This document shows positions 39,401-47,941 of a DNA stretch of 64,000 nucleotides, one piece after another. Source of the DNA: Desulfuromonadales bacterium (GTDB lineage Bacteria; Desulfobacterota; Desulfuromonadia; Desulfuromonadales; SZUA-540). The stretch lies in the NCBI GenBank assembly GCA_033549025.1, contig JAWSUS010000002.1, forward strand, positions 250,539 to 314,538. The letters run 5' to 3'. The translations under genes were made by a program, and so were the position numbers. Below the pieces are notes generated by a model that saw only the letters and a program-made list of their open reading frames with translations, searched no databases and was not told the DNA's origin. Positions within the stretch are counted from its first letter, which is position 1. Each line of letters starts with the position of its first letter.

Positions 39401-39500
39401 GTCGCGGCAGCGGCCTTACTTGCTCAAGGGCAAGGTCGAAGAGGAATTCGGCGTCTGCACCCTGAACGTCGACTGGGTCGGTTTTCTCGACGACGCCTAG
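36489..39500 (+). CDS. dnaE2: Error-prone DNA polymerase III alpha
   Basis: PHP domain, GRGSAA, PDIDIDF, YSFCKPHS; located in the lexA-imuB operon. Confidence 0.9.
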   Translation: MPFVHLHCQSSFSPGWGVHTPAALCERAAALGLTHLALTDRNGLYGIPHFLEQARTRGLKPIIGAEAVSGRHRAVLLVRTTEGYANLCQLLSDLHTQAGFSLPEALLCRRQGLTVLSDDGDLLTALAAQDRHHLYVEISPGHAMEATLARARHLRLPPVATARTLLLEAADFPLHRVLRAIALNRTLSRLRPEETACQRDRLYSAPEMASLFPHCPLAVENSQKIAADCYTDWDFSTTVFPRFRDLDDGAAALELRRRAHRGARRRYGELTEVVHQRLHKELAIIEAKGFAHYFLVVEELARLSPRTCGRGSAAASLVAYCLQITHVDPIRHNLFFERFLNAERVDPPDIDIDFPWDERDAVLDAAFARYGSRRAAMVGAHIGFRGRAALREVAKVYGLPEADIGAMTERISGYWKAEQTAGAVTSHPLFRDAPLSPEWQEILAVARRLQGQMRHLALHCGGLVIVPEDIRRHVPVEMAAKGRPVIQWEKDQAEAAGLVKIDILGNRSLAVIRDAAAAIRAHGGPDLDPARWSPLDDAPTRQLLQRGDSMGCFYIESPATRQLLRKMWQGQANGQLGAEELFEHLVMASSIIRPAANRYIREFVARLHGKPWRCLHPLLESVLGETYGMAIYQEQITQMAMALADFTPFEGDQLRKIISKKHPGQKLADYRQKFFQGGKKKGLSPELLEQAWQEVLSFAGYSFCKPHSASYALVSCQSAWLKTHYPAEFMAAVISNQGGYYSPLAYLSEARRLGLRILPPDINASDRAYRGEGRELRIGLIQISGLSRGTLKGIVAERERGGDFNSFGDFLRRVAVPVEDGRLLIKAGCFDALEGREARADLLWQLLRGRSQTPLAASGLLFAEEPRRQMARPALSADEIERQEVEVLGMPISRHPLSRHRTLLARHQTIAAADLPRWVGRHVSLAAWWVTGKVVQTAKGQPMEFISFEDSTAIFDTTFFPRAYARFCRLLSRQRPYLLKGKVEEEFGVCTLNVDWVGFLDDA

Positions 39501-39503
39501 GAC

Positions 39504-41183
39504 CTAAGGCAGCTCGTAGAGAACGATACGGGATTGACGTTTGCCGAATACGCCGAGGTCGCCGGAGCCCCCCACGGCCATGACGAGCTCGACCTGGCCA
39601 TCATTGTCGGCATCGGCCAGACGGAAATCGGCGAGATAGCCCTTTTCTTCCTGGGTCCCCCACGCCGGCGTCATGTCCATGCCGTTCCAGCGCAGCGCCT
39701 TGATCTCGAAGCTCTTGAAGCGCCGGACCTTTTCCAGAATGCCGCCGCCGTGATTGACCGGCGCCAGCAGGGTGCCCTCCGGTCCGGTCAGCAGGCGCGG
39801 CTTCAGGTAGCGAATTTCACTGATCTGCCCCCGCTGGCGCGAGGGATACTCCATGGAAGTCTCACTGCCCCCGTAGGATTCTTCGCTCCACCACAGGCGC
39901 TCCCCCCCGACTCGCTGCACGCGTAGCTGCCCGCTGTCGGCCAATTCGGCGTAAAGCATCTCTCCCCGAAAGGCAAAAGGCTTAAGCGCCAGCAACTCGG
40001 CACCTTCCGGCGCCATCAGACTCTCGGCTTCGATCAGACTTCCCCCCACCCGCGCGAGGCGCACCAGCGGCCCGTCGAACTCTTTGCTGGAGGGAGTTTT
40101 ACGCTGCCCCAACAGGCGAACATGGCCCTGGCCATCATCATCCTTGCGAAAGAACCAGGGCAGCTCCTTTTCCACCACGACATAGGAAGCCTGCTCCCAG
40201 GCGACGACGACAGAGGCAAGGCGCCCTCCCTGCGCGGCCGAGACATAGAGTTCGGCGCGTCCGTCCTCGTCCAGATCCAGCCCGTCCACCGCCAGTGCAG
40301 CCAGGCCGGGAGGCAAGTCTACCCGACCCAGGGCTTCCGTGTTCCCCTGACGCAGGCGACTGATTTCCAGGCCGTCGCCGTAGGCCATCACCGTCTCCAG
40401 ACGGCCATCCCCATCCAGATCGGCCACCTCGATACCCACGGGCGTACCAGGCTGAAAAGGCCCTTTCCACACCGCGGCGGCTGGAGCCTCGACCCGGGTG
40501 ATGACAGGACTCGGTGGCGCAACCGCCGCCGGAGCGGCTGTTGCCGGCAAAACGGCAGGCACGCTTTCTTTGTTCTCTTCCAACAGGGGATACTGGCGCA
40601 GCAACTGCCCCTGCCCGTCGCGCACCTCCAGCAGGTCAGCCTGGCGGCGGAAAAGCAGCAGAGGTTGTCCATCATCCCCGATTGAGGAGCTGGCGTTTTC
40701 TACTTTTTCGTAACCGCGCCATTGCAGGTGGGGCAGCTGCGCCTTGAGCTCCAGATAAAGCGCCTCTCCCGTGCCTGTTTCGTCGAGAAACCGGGCCGGC
40801 ACCGCCGTGAAGCGCTGCAAGGCGTCGCCCACCACTGTCTGCACTGCCGCCAGCGGCCGCACCTGGGACAGGCCGCTCAACACCAGGCCCACCTGCACGT
40901 AGCCCCGGGGAGCCGCATAGACGCCCAGCACCTTGCCGGTGACGGGATGCACCACCGATTCGCCGCCATCCGTCACGGCGAACAGGTCACCACTCACCAC
41001 CCCATGGCTGTCATCCAGATCGATCAGGTAACCGCCGTCCACCGCCTTGACCACGGTCGCTGTCAGGGGTGAAAAATCCTCGGCGACTTGTGCCGCCAGA
41101 TTTTCCGGCTGGGCAAGAGCCTGACTGGTCAGCCAGCCCAGTCCGATCAGCATCACAGCCAGCATCCGCAAGGTATAGATCAT
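39504..41183 (-). CDS. Exported FG-GAP/VCBS-repeat protein (copy 1)
   Basis: Signal peptide, HPVTGKVLG motif, DLDGDG, DLDEDG and DADNDG repeats. Confidence 0.85.
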   Translation of the reverse strand: MIYTLRMLAVMLIGLGWLTSQALAQPENLAAQVAEDFSPLTATVVKAVDGGYLIDLDDSHGVVSGDLFAVTDGGESVVHPVTGKVLGVYAAPRGYVQVGLVLSGLSQVRPLAAVQTVVGDALQRFTAVPARFLDETGTGEALYLELKAQLPHLQWRGYEKVENASSSIGDDGQPLLLFRRQADLLEVRDGQGQLLRQYPLLEENKESVPAVLPATAAPAAVAPPSPVITRVEAPAAAVWKGPFQPGTPVGIEVADLDGDGRLETVMAYGDGLEISRLRQGNTEALGRVDLPPGLAALAVDGLDLDEDGRAELYVSAAQGGRLASVVVAWEQASYVVVEKELPWFFRKDDDGQGHVRLLGQRKTPSSKEFDGPLVRLARVGGSLIEAESLMAPEGAELLALKPFAFRGEMLYAELADSGQLRVQRVGGERLWWSEESYGGSETSMEYPSRQRGQISEIRYLKPRLLTGPEGTLLAPVNHGGGILEKVRRFKSFEIKALRWNGMDMTPAWGTQEEKGYLADFRLADADNDGQVELVMAVGGSGDLGVFGKRQSRIVLYELP

Positions 41184-41272
41184 CCGGGTCCTCCCTTATG
41201 TCCTGTTCGTCTACGGTTTCATGAAGAAACGCATTCTACCACCGGAACTTTGACATTTCTATCCCGGAAACA

Positions 41273-41305
41273 GGAAAGCCCGCGGCGGGGGGCCACGGGC
41301 TTTCC
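41273..41305. terminator. Hairpin downstream of porin 1
   Basis: GGAAAGCCCG...CGGGCTTTCC. Confidence 0.55.
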
Positions 41306-41335
41306 ATTTTTCGATTCAACTCTTGAGCAGTTGAA

Positions 41336-42355
41336 TTAGAAGTCGATCTGCCACTTGATGCCGGCAAAATACAGATCGCCCTCGTCGTTGCCATTCACGT
41401 CATCCATCAGGTCATAGACGGTGTAGTGCGGAATGACATTGAAATTTTCGGCCAAGGGGATGTGAGCCTGTACGAAGTAACCGAACTGCTCGTCCTTCTC
41501 GGCATAGGCGTCGCTGTCGTCGGCCTGGTAACCAACACCGACAACACCCAGGACTTTGCCGAACTTTTGGGCAGCCTGCACATAACCACCATAAGAGCTG
41601 GCATCTTCGTCGCTGACCTCATCATAGCTGCCAAAACCATCGCCAACATAATCGCCCATACCGAAATCACCCAGGTTCTGACCATAAAACAGGTTGCCCT
41701 GCAGAGCCATCGAGCCGGCATTGGTTTTCCAGTTAAAAGCAGCCATGTAGGAATCAACGGAATCGTTATTCAAATCAAAGGTCTGATAGGCCAGCGTGGC
41801 CCCGTAGGCCATGTAGCCCACGTCATGCATATAACCAACAGCTAATTTAGGCAGGCGGAAATCATAGTCATCAGTTGACCCCTCTTCCCGGTCAGCCTTC
41901 AATTCTTGTGCATTATTCTTGATGGCAGCAACAAAGAAGCCATTTTCCATATCGACGCGGATCTGGGGCTGACGACCATCATAGGTGTCACCGAGACCGG
42001 CAAAGCCGTTGTCGACATTGGCGACTTCCCAAGAGCTGAAAATATAGGGCGTATAATCCTGGCCGACCACGACGGTTCCTTTGCCAAAATCCCAGGTACC
42101 GTAAAGGAGACGCACGTTGACGCCGGTGCCGAATTCGAACCGGCCGCCAATCGCCCCATGGTTGAACTTGCCGCCAATACGGCTGTTGCTCTGCAGTTCC
42201 CAGTTCACATCCGAATCAGCATCGTAGAAACCCGTACCTTCGGTCAGGTACGTCGCCATACGGGCCGAGCCGTACAGGCTGTATTCGGCCAGGGCCGGTG
42301 TTGCCACCATCAGAGCCAGAGCACTGAAGAGCAGAGCCATCGAAATACGCTTCAT
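41336..42355 (-). CDS. Outer-membrane porin
   Basis: Signal peptide, LYGSAR, SRIG, acidic and aromatic-rich, C-terminal WQIDF. Confidence 0.85.
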   Translation of the reverse strand: MKRISMALLFSALALMVATPALAEYSLYGSARMATYLTEGTGFYDADSDVNWELQSNSRIGGKFNHGAIGGRFEFGTGVNVRLLYGTWDFGKGTVVVGQDYTPYIFSSWEVANVDNGFAGLGDTYDGRQPQIRVDMENGFFVAAIKNNAQELKADREEGSTDDYDFRLPKLAVGYMHDVGYMAYGATLAYQTFDLNNDSVDSYMAAFNWKTNAGSMALQGNLFYGQNLGDFGMGDYVGDGFGSYDEVSDEDASSYGGYVQAAQKFGKVLGVVGVGYQADDSDAYAEKDEQFGYFVQAHIPLAENFNVIPHYTVYDLMDDVNGNDEGDLYFAGIKWQIDF

Positions 42356-42451
42356 GGTTGATAACCTCCTGAATCAAAAAAAATGTGTGCATAAATGGGT
42401 CGCGTTGGAAGCAATGAGGCATCACCTCATCTGCCCCCATTTGACCCTGAC

Positions 42452-42583
42452 TTAATGGGCCTGGAACTCATACCCGCAGGCAGGACACTTCACCTTGACC
42501 GGCTCGCTGGTCGTCTGCTTGGCGCAGGCGCCCAAAGAGAGAGCAAAAAGGGTGACGAGTACCATGGCAATCAACTTCTTCAT
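42452..42583 (-). CDS. 43-aa lipoprotein with CPACG motif (copy 1)
   Basis: AAGGAG RBS; MKKLIAMVLVTLFALSLGACAKQTTSEPVKVKCPACGYEFQAH*; lipobox LGAC. Confidence 0.85.
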   Translation of the reverse strand: MKKLIAMVLVTLFALSLGACAKQTTSEPVKVKCPACGYEFQAH

Positions 42584-42750
42584 GATGTTCTTCTCCTTTC
42601 CTGATAGTGGATGTTCATTTCAAAAACAGCCGTAAAAATGGAACGCTCATTCACGGAATGACAACGAAAACCTTATACCACAGTCCCGTTTCTATACAAT
42701 AGGGTTTTTCAATTAGCGGGGATTCAGCCCCCTTTAGCATCGATAAACGT

Positions 42751-42780
42751 AAAAAGGCCCCCGGTGACGAGGGCCTTTTT
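42751..42780. terminator. Bidirectional intrinsic terminator after the rhodanese gene
   Basis: AAAAAGGCCC...GGGCCTTTTT. Confidence 0.8.
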
Positions 42781-42805
42781 GGTTTTGGTGCTATGAAGCC
42801 GTGCT

Positions 42806-43981
42806 TTATTTCTCGACGGTGAACTGGCCGTCGGGAGCGATGTTGCACTTGGCGTCGAGGTACTGCATGTTTTCCTTGTTGGTGTACTCGGACTCCAGCA
42901 GGGCGTAGAAGGAGCTGGCGCTGCGGCCGCCGGTGGCGCAGTAGAAGACGACGCGGCCTTCTTTGTTCAGCTTGGCCACCGATTCCTTGGTGCGGAAGAT
43001 GAAATCCTCTTCGGTGATGTTGATGGCACCGGGGATGTGACCAGCGGCGAATTCTTCGGGATCACGTACGTCGATGAACTGAGCGCCTTTGGTCTCGACC
43101 AGTTTCTTGAACTCGTCGGGGTTGATCGCTTCGGGAAGAGCGTTGGCTTTGGCCGGAGCAGCTGCTTTGACCACACCGGAAGCCTCATCACCCCACAGGG
43201 GCAGGCCGGCATCTTTCCAGGCGGGCTCGCCAGCGGCATAGACCATGACATTCTTGTAGCCGAGGGAGAGTGCCGTAGCGGCTGCCTTGTGGCTGAGCAC
43301 GCAGTCATAGCCCCCGCAGTAGAAGATCAGCTTGGTGGCCTTGTCCGCAGGCAGCAGGCCTTTTTTCAGTTCCATCTCCACATTGGGGATGCTTACGGCG
43401 GTGGGGATGAAGGACTTGCGATATTTAACCGCGGGACGGGCATCGACCAGCATGTAGGGGTCCTGGCTGGGCTTCATGACCAGCTTTTCAACGAACTTGG
43501 TTTCAACCTCGTTGTAGTGGCCTTGCTTGACCCACTCGGGCTCGCCCTCATACCAGACCTTGACGTTGGTGAAACCGGCCTTCATGGCGATTTCGGCTGA
43601 CTCGGGGCTGAGCTTGCAGGTGACACCGCCGCAGTAGAAGATAATCAGCTTGTCTTTGGGCAGTTTGTCCAGGCTGTTCTGCAGCTGCACCTTGGGGATG
43701 CTGATGGCGCCAGGTACGTGGCCGGCCTCGTATTTCACAGCAGGACGGGCATCGACCAGCACGAAGGTGCCGCCTTTGGCCGAATCGTTCATCAGAGCGG
43801 CTACCTCTGCGGTGGTGATAACCAGGGCCGGGTCTTGGGGAACGAGTTTTTCTTCGACTTTCGCTTCGGCAGGCTTAGCGGTCGTTTCCGCCAGGTTGGA
43901 ACTGGGTACCGTCGTAGCGCAGGCGCTGAAGGTAAAGGCGGCCAAAAGGGACAAGGCCAGAGTGCGGATCATTTTGGTCAT
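42806..43981 (-). CDS. Triple-rhodanese-domain lipoprotein
   Basis: Lipobox FSAC; three domains with DAR/DVR, GHVPGA-type motifs and active loops CGGVTC, CGGYDC, CATGGRS; AAGGAG RBS. Confidence 0.9.
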   Translation of the reverse strand: MTKMIRTLALSLLAAFTFSACATTVPSSNLAETTAKPAEAKVEEKLVPQDPALVITTAEVAALMNDSAKGGTFVLVDARPAVKYEAGHVPGAISIPKVQLQNSLDKLPKDKLIIFYCGGVTCKLSPESAEIAMKAGFTNVKVWYEGEPEWVKQGHYNEVETKFVEKLVMKPSQDPYMLVDARPAVKYRKSFIPTAVSIPNVEMELKKGLLPADKATKLIFYCGGYDCVLSHKAAATALSLGYKNVMVYAAGEPAWKDAGLPLWGDEASGVVKAAAPAKANALPEAINPDEFKKLVETKGAQFIDVRDPEEFAAGHIPGAINITEEDFIFRTKESVAKLNKEGRVVFYCATGGRSASSFYALLESEYTNKENMQYLDAKCNIAPDGQFTVEK

Positions 43982-44054
43982 GCGGATCTCCTTCAATGTG
44001 TTGATGTGTGACATTCGCTGCCATGATTCGACATTGGTTTTGTTCCTCATTAAA

Positions 44055-44070
44055 AGCAGATTCTGTGCCA
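44055..44070 (-). promoter_or_regulatory. sigma54 promoter of the rhodanese gene
   Basis: TGGCACAGAATCTGCT (GG-N10-GC). Confidence 0.7.
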
Positions 44071-44267
44071 CAAACAGAAAGATCATTCTACTTTTAAAGC
44101 CGAGGTCTTATCTCCAGCAGATTCCCCTTATCTTTACGAAGGTTTAGCCTTGGTATTTTCTTTGCCTCGCTTTTGCCGGGCCATGTACCGCCTCAACCTG
44201 CCGGGGAAGGGACTCCGTCAAAATACGTTCTTTAGCCGCATAAAACAGTTTTTTGGAGAAATATCCC

Positions 44268-46013
44268 TTATTGCAGGTCGTAGGCCACCACGTTGGAACG
44301 TCCCTTGGACATGGGACTTTCCCGCGTGAAGGTGACCAGGGTCACCAGCTCGTCGGTGCCGTCATTGTCCACATCGCCCAGACCGAAGTCGCTGAGATAG
44401 CCCTCGCGTTCCTGGCTGTGCCAGGCTTCGTACAGGGTGCGGCCGTCCCAGACCATGGCCCGCACCCGTCCCTTGTTGAAGGTGGGCGAACGGCTGAGAA
44501 AACGGCTACCATCATGGCTGGTCACCAGCAGATGGCCCTTGCCGTCGACTTCCAGGCGGGGGGGGATAAAGACGTAGCGCGGCGTCTTAAGAATGGGGTC
44601 TGCCATGGGGTCGGGGCGTTCGGAATAAATCTCGCTGCCGCCGTAAAGCTCTTCTGACTCCCATAGGGTTTTGCCCTCTTTCGACAAGATCGTCAGCTTA
44701 CCCGAGGTCTTGAGCATGGCCACCAGCTCTTCACCGTTGGCGCCCGTAAAGGGAGTGAAGCCGAAGAGACTGACCCCTTTCGGGAGAGATACCGCCTCAC
44801 CGGCCTGCCACTCGCCCTGCTGGTAGCGCACGCGGAAGACGGGGCCCGAGTAATCCGTCGACGTATCGCCCCGGCGCTGGCCCAGTAGTACACGGCCCTC
44901 GCCGGGCAGAGTCACCGCCCGCAGATACCAGGACAATTGGGTATCGTGCATTTTAAAGCGGCCATCCTGCCATTCCACTACCCGCGACATGAGCATGTCG
45001 TCGCGCACGGCGGTCAGGTAGATTTCCGGCCGACCGTTGCCGTTCAGGTCGAGGGCATCGATAGTCAGGACCGACTGGCCGAGGCCGAGATCGACTTCGG
45101 CCACCGGCTGATAGGTGCCCTGCACATTACGCCCGACCTGAATGCTCGTGGGCAGGGCCACAGCCATCTCCTGTTGGCCATCACCGTCGAAATCGGCTAC
45201 TTCCACGCCGACCGGGCGACCCTGGATATCGGGGCCGTACCACAGACCCTGCTGATCGGGGGTCGCATTGCGCACGATCGCCGCCGAGGTCGGCGGCGGG
45301 GCCACCACCAGGGCAGGAGCACTGACCGGGGCCGGGGCCGGGGCGGGGGCGGGTACGGCGACGGGGGCCGCAGTCGCAGCCGCCGCTTTCTGCAAGGGTG
45401 CGTCGAGAGAATAGGCGTGAATCGGGGCGAAATCGGGCCCGCGGACCACCAGACCGTCAGCCTGAAGGATGAAATAGAGTTCGGCATCCTTGCGGCCCTG
45501 TTCATCGGCCCGAGGGGGACGCGAAGCCTGGGCAGCATCGTAGGCCTGCCACTCCAGGGCCGGGGCCGCGGCCTTGAGCTGCGCGAAGAAGTCCTCGCCG
45601 CCGCCGGCATAGTCACGGAAGGTGGCCCGGACGTTTTCGTAACGGCGAATGGCGTCGCCCGCTTTGAGATTTTCGCCTCCGGACACCGGGCGGGCGTAAG
45701 AATAGCCCCCCTTGACCCGCGTCACCCGCAGTAGGCCCTTGACCTCGTCGAGGGTGCCCATCACTTCTTTCGTCACGGGATGGACGATGGGCTCGCCTGG
45801 CACGACCACCGAAAAGAGATCGCCCACGGCGACGCCGCGACTGGCATCAAGATCGATGAGATATTCGCCGTCAACCGGCATAATCACATAGCCGGTCAGG
45901 GAGGCGAAGTCATGACCTAGGTCCTCGCTCAAGCCGGCAAGGGCCGGCAGCGAAAAACTGAGGGTGGCAAGCAGGGCACAGAGGGCAAGGGCGAAGCGCC
46001 GGAGGCTGAGCAT
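44268..46013 (-). CDS. Exported FG-GAP/VCBS-repeat protein (copy 2)
   Basis: Paralog of 39504-41183 (YLIDLD, GDLF, HPVT, DFDGDG, DVDNDG); AAGGAG RBS before ATG 46013. Confidence 0.85.
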   Translation of the reverse strand: MLSLRRFALALCALLATLSFSLPALAGLSEDLGHDFASLTGYVIMPVDGEYLIDLDASRGVAVGDLFSVVVPGEPIVHPVTKEVMGTLDEVKGLLRVTRVKGGYSYARPVSGGENLKAGDAIRRYENVRATFRDYAGGGEDFFAQLKAAAPALEWQAYDAAQASRPPRADEQGRKDAELYFILQADGLVVRGPDFAPIHAYSLDAPLQKAAAATAAPVAVPAPAPAPAPVSAPALVVAPPPTSAAIVRNATPDQQGLWYGPDIQGRPVGVEVADFDGDGQQEMAVALPTSIQVGRNVQGTYQPVAEVDLGLGQSVLTIDALDLNGNGRPEIYLTAVRDDMLMSRVVEWQDGRFKMHDTQLSWYLRAVTLPGEGRVLLGQRRGDTSTDYSGPVFRVRYQQGEWQAGEAVSLPKGVSLFGFTPFTGANGEELVAMLKTSGKLTILSKEGKTLWESEELYGGSEIYSERPDPMADPILKTPRYVFIPPRLEVDGKGHLLVTSHDGSRFLSRSPTFNKGRVRAMVWDGRTLYEAWHSQEREGYLSDFGLGDVDNDGTDELVTLVTFTRESPMSKGRSNVVAYDLQ

Positions 46014-46073
46014 GGTCTTTCTCCTTGGTTGCAGCTGTTCAGATGCGGGCGAAGGTTTTCGCCCTGGGCGGGC

Positions 46074-46101
46074 AAAAAAAGGCCGGGCACAAGGCCCGGC
46101 C
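46074..46101 (-). terminator. Intrinsic terminator after porin 2
   Basis: GGCCGGGC-stem-GCCCGGCC followed by T7 on the minus strand. Confidence 0.75.
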
Positions 46102-46135
46102 GAAAGCATAACAAAATCTTACTGTGGAGACAATC

Positions 46136-47371
46136 TTAGAAGACGTAGGTCAACTTGGTGCCCAGCTTCCACATATTGTCGGCGTCATTAGTTGCGGAAA
46201 GGTCGTCATCAGCCAACAGATAGCCGCCGCCGGTGGTCCACTTGAGGCCCTTGGTGATGGCATAGTCGAAGTAAGCGTCGATCTCGTGACCAAAGGTAAC
46301 GGCGTCAACGCCCTCGGCAGGATCAGCAGCCTGCTGCGCATAAATGTACGCCGCGCGGATGCCGGATTTCTCGTTAAAGAGGCGAGTGCCAGCATCAAGA
46401 CGCACATACATATAGTTGGAGTAGTAGTAACCAGGGGTCGAAGCGGTCTTGTACGCACTAGCTCCATCGAGAAAAGAGGTTCCGGCCTTGCCACTCATGT
46501 TGCCAAACTCGCCTCCGGTCAACATTTCGGACCAGTTCTGGAAGCCGTCGACATCAACGAATTCACCACCGGGCGCATCTTCATCACCGACATAGGCAGC
46601 CGAAATCGCGAAGGAGGTGGGTCCATCGACATAACCTACCTTGGCATAAGCTGCCGTGCCGAGGCCGTCATCACCACCATCCACGTCCCAGCTGCTGAAC
46701 AGGAGGTTACCTTCGAGAATGAGCTTGTCGACCTTGCCCTTAGCGCCAGCGCCAAAGAGGTAAACATCTTGGGCAGAAGTGACGCGGTAATAACCAACCT
46801 CAGGGATAAGAGTAAAGTCACCAGCTTTTACAGCATAGCTGACGCCATAGTAGTCCTCTTCAGCCCCTTCACTGTCACTGGCAGTGATGCCGCCCCCACC
46901 AATGGTGGTGGTTTCCGTGAGCTTAATGTAGCTAAAAGTTAAATCACGATACTTGGCGACAAGGCCAGTGGCTTGCTCGTTCATGATGAAGCCATTAGCA
47001 AGTTTGAAGGTCTGGGTACCAACCTTGAAGTTAGTGTCCATGGCAGTGAAGTCGAGATAAGCAGCACGCAACTCCAGTTCAGTTGTATTGTCTGCTCTCA
47101 CGGATCCACCATCGCGGCCCCAAGCATAATCAGCTTCGAGCTCGACAACCATCTTAACAGCATCGCTGAGCGCGGCGGTGGTTAGCAGACGGAAACGTTG
47201 GTCGAATGCTGCGGTGGAGTCATCAGCATCATCATCGGCGTCTTGGACGTTGTCAGACATGATACCGCGGGCGATAAACAGGCCCTTGGCGTCCAAGGTA
47301 ATAGCCACAGCGGGGGTGGCCAGGGCTACGGCCGCCAGGGCCGCAACCAGAATCTTAAGATATTTGCTCAC
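46136..47371 (-). CDS. Major outer-membrane porin, OmpJ-like
   Basis: GTG start with AGGAGG, signal peptide, DQRFRL, ELRAAYLDF, EID, C-terminal LTYVF; codon usage of a highly expressed gene. Confidence 0.8.
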   Translation of the reverse strand: MSKYLKILVAALAAVALATPAVAITLDAKGLFIARGIMSDNVQDADDDADDSTAAFDQRFRLLTTAALSDAVKMVVELEADYAWGRDGGSVRADNTTELELRAAYLDFTAMDTNFKVGTQTFKLANGFIMNEQATGLVAKYRDLTFSYIKLTETTTIGGGGITASDSEGAEEDYYGVSYAVKAGDFTLIPEVGYYRVTSAQDVYLFGAGAKGKVDKLILEGNLLFSSWDVDGGDDGLGTAAYAKVGYVDGPTSFAISAAYVGDEDAPGGEFVDVDGFQNWSEMLTGGEFGNMSGKAGTSFLDGASAYKTASTPGYYYSNYMYVRLDAGTRLFNEKSGIRAAYIYAQQAADPAEGVDAVTFGHEIDAYFDYAITKGLKWTTGGGYLLADDDLSATNDADNMWKLGTKLTYVF

Positions 47372-47409
47372 AGTGTGCCTCCTGAAATGAAATAAATGGT
47401 AGTAACGGC

Positions 47410-47556
47410 TTAGCCGTCAACGCCGACGGGCGCTTCGAATTCATACCCGCAAGCAGGGCATTTTACACGGACGGAGTCCCCTTTGCCGGCAGGAGCGCAG
47501 GCAGCGAGTGACAGGGCGAACAGACTGACGAGAACCAACGAGATCAGTTTTTTCAT
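47410..47556 (-). CDS. 48-aa lipoprotein with CPACG motif (copy 2)
   Basis: AAGGAGGTG RBS; MKKLISLVLVSLFALSLAACAPAGKGDSVRVKCPACGYEFEAPVGVDG*; lipobox LAAC. Confidence 0.85.
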   Translation of the reverse strand: MKKLISLVLVSLFALSLAACAPAGKGDSVRVKCPACGYEFEAPVGVDG

Positions 47557-47624
47557 GCGGCTTTCACCTCCTTCCCCAGAGTCAGATAAATGTGGCGGTC
47601 TTTGGCAAGACCATCGGTTTGGCT

Positions 47625-47640
47625 GGCAACAGCCATGCCT
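47625..47640 (-). promoter_or_regulatory. sigma54 promoter of lipoprotein 2 and porin 2
   Basis: AGGCATGGCTGTTGCC (GG-N10-GC). Confidence 0.6.
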
Positions 47641-47787
47641 TTTTCACATATCTGTTTCGATTAAGCAAAAAAAGCGCCAACCTCATTAAAATACAATACA
47701 AAAATAAAGCGCGTAAATTCCCGTATTTACTGAACCTTAAAAAAGACCCCGTGTAAAGACGACACGAGGCTTTCATGATGCTTCTCA

Positions 47788-47827
47788 AATACACCACATC
47801 TTGTGGTGTATTCACCACATATTCCTG
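47788..47827. promoter_or_regulatory. Perfect palindrome resembling tandem NrdR boxes
   Basis: AATACACCACA-TCT-TGTGGTGTATT, with a second CACCACAT 21 bp downstream. Confidence 0.45.
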
Positions 47828-47941
47828 CGGTTTTCCCCTCCCCATGCGGCGTGACAACCATTTCGACGCCGGCGAAAACACGGGAAAGTCCCTTGCCGGC
47901 AGGGCTGGCTGTCGATAAAGAGCGCTCGACCGCGTTCCACA

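Noticed and set aside
41336..47371. Lower-GC porin genes as horizontally acquired islands
   Set aside because: The shift is confined to the porin CDSs and fits the codon bias of highly expressed genes; no mobility genes or att sites are nearby.
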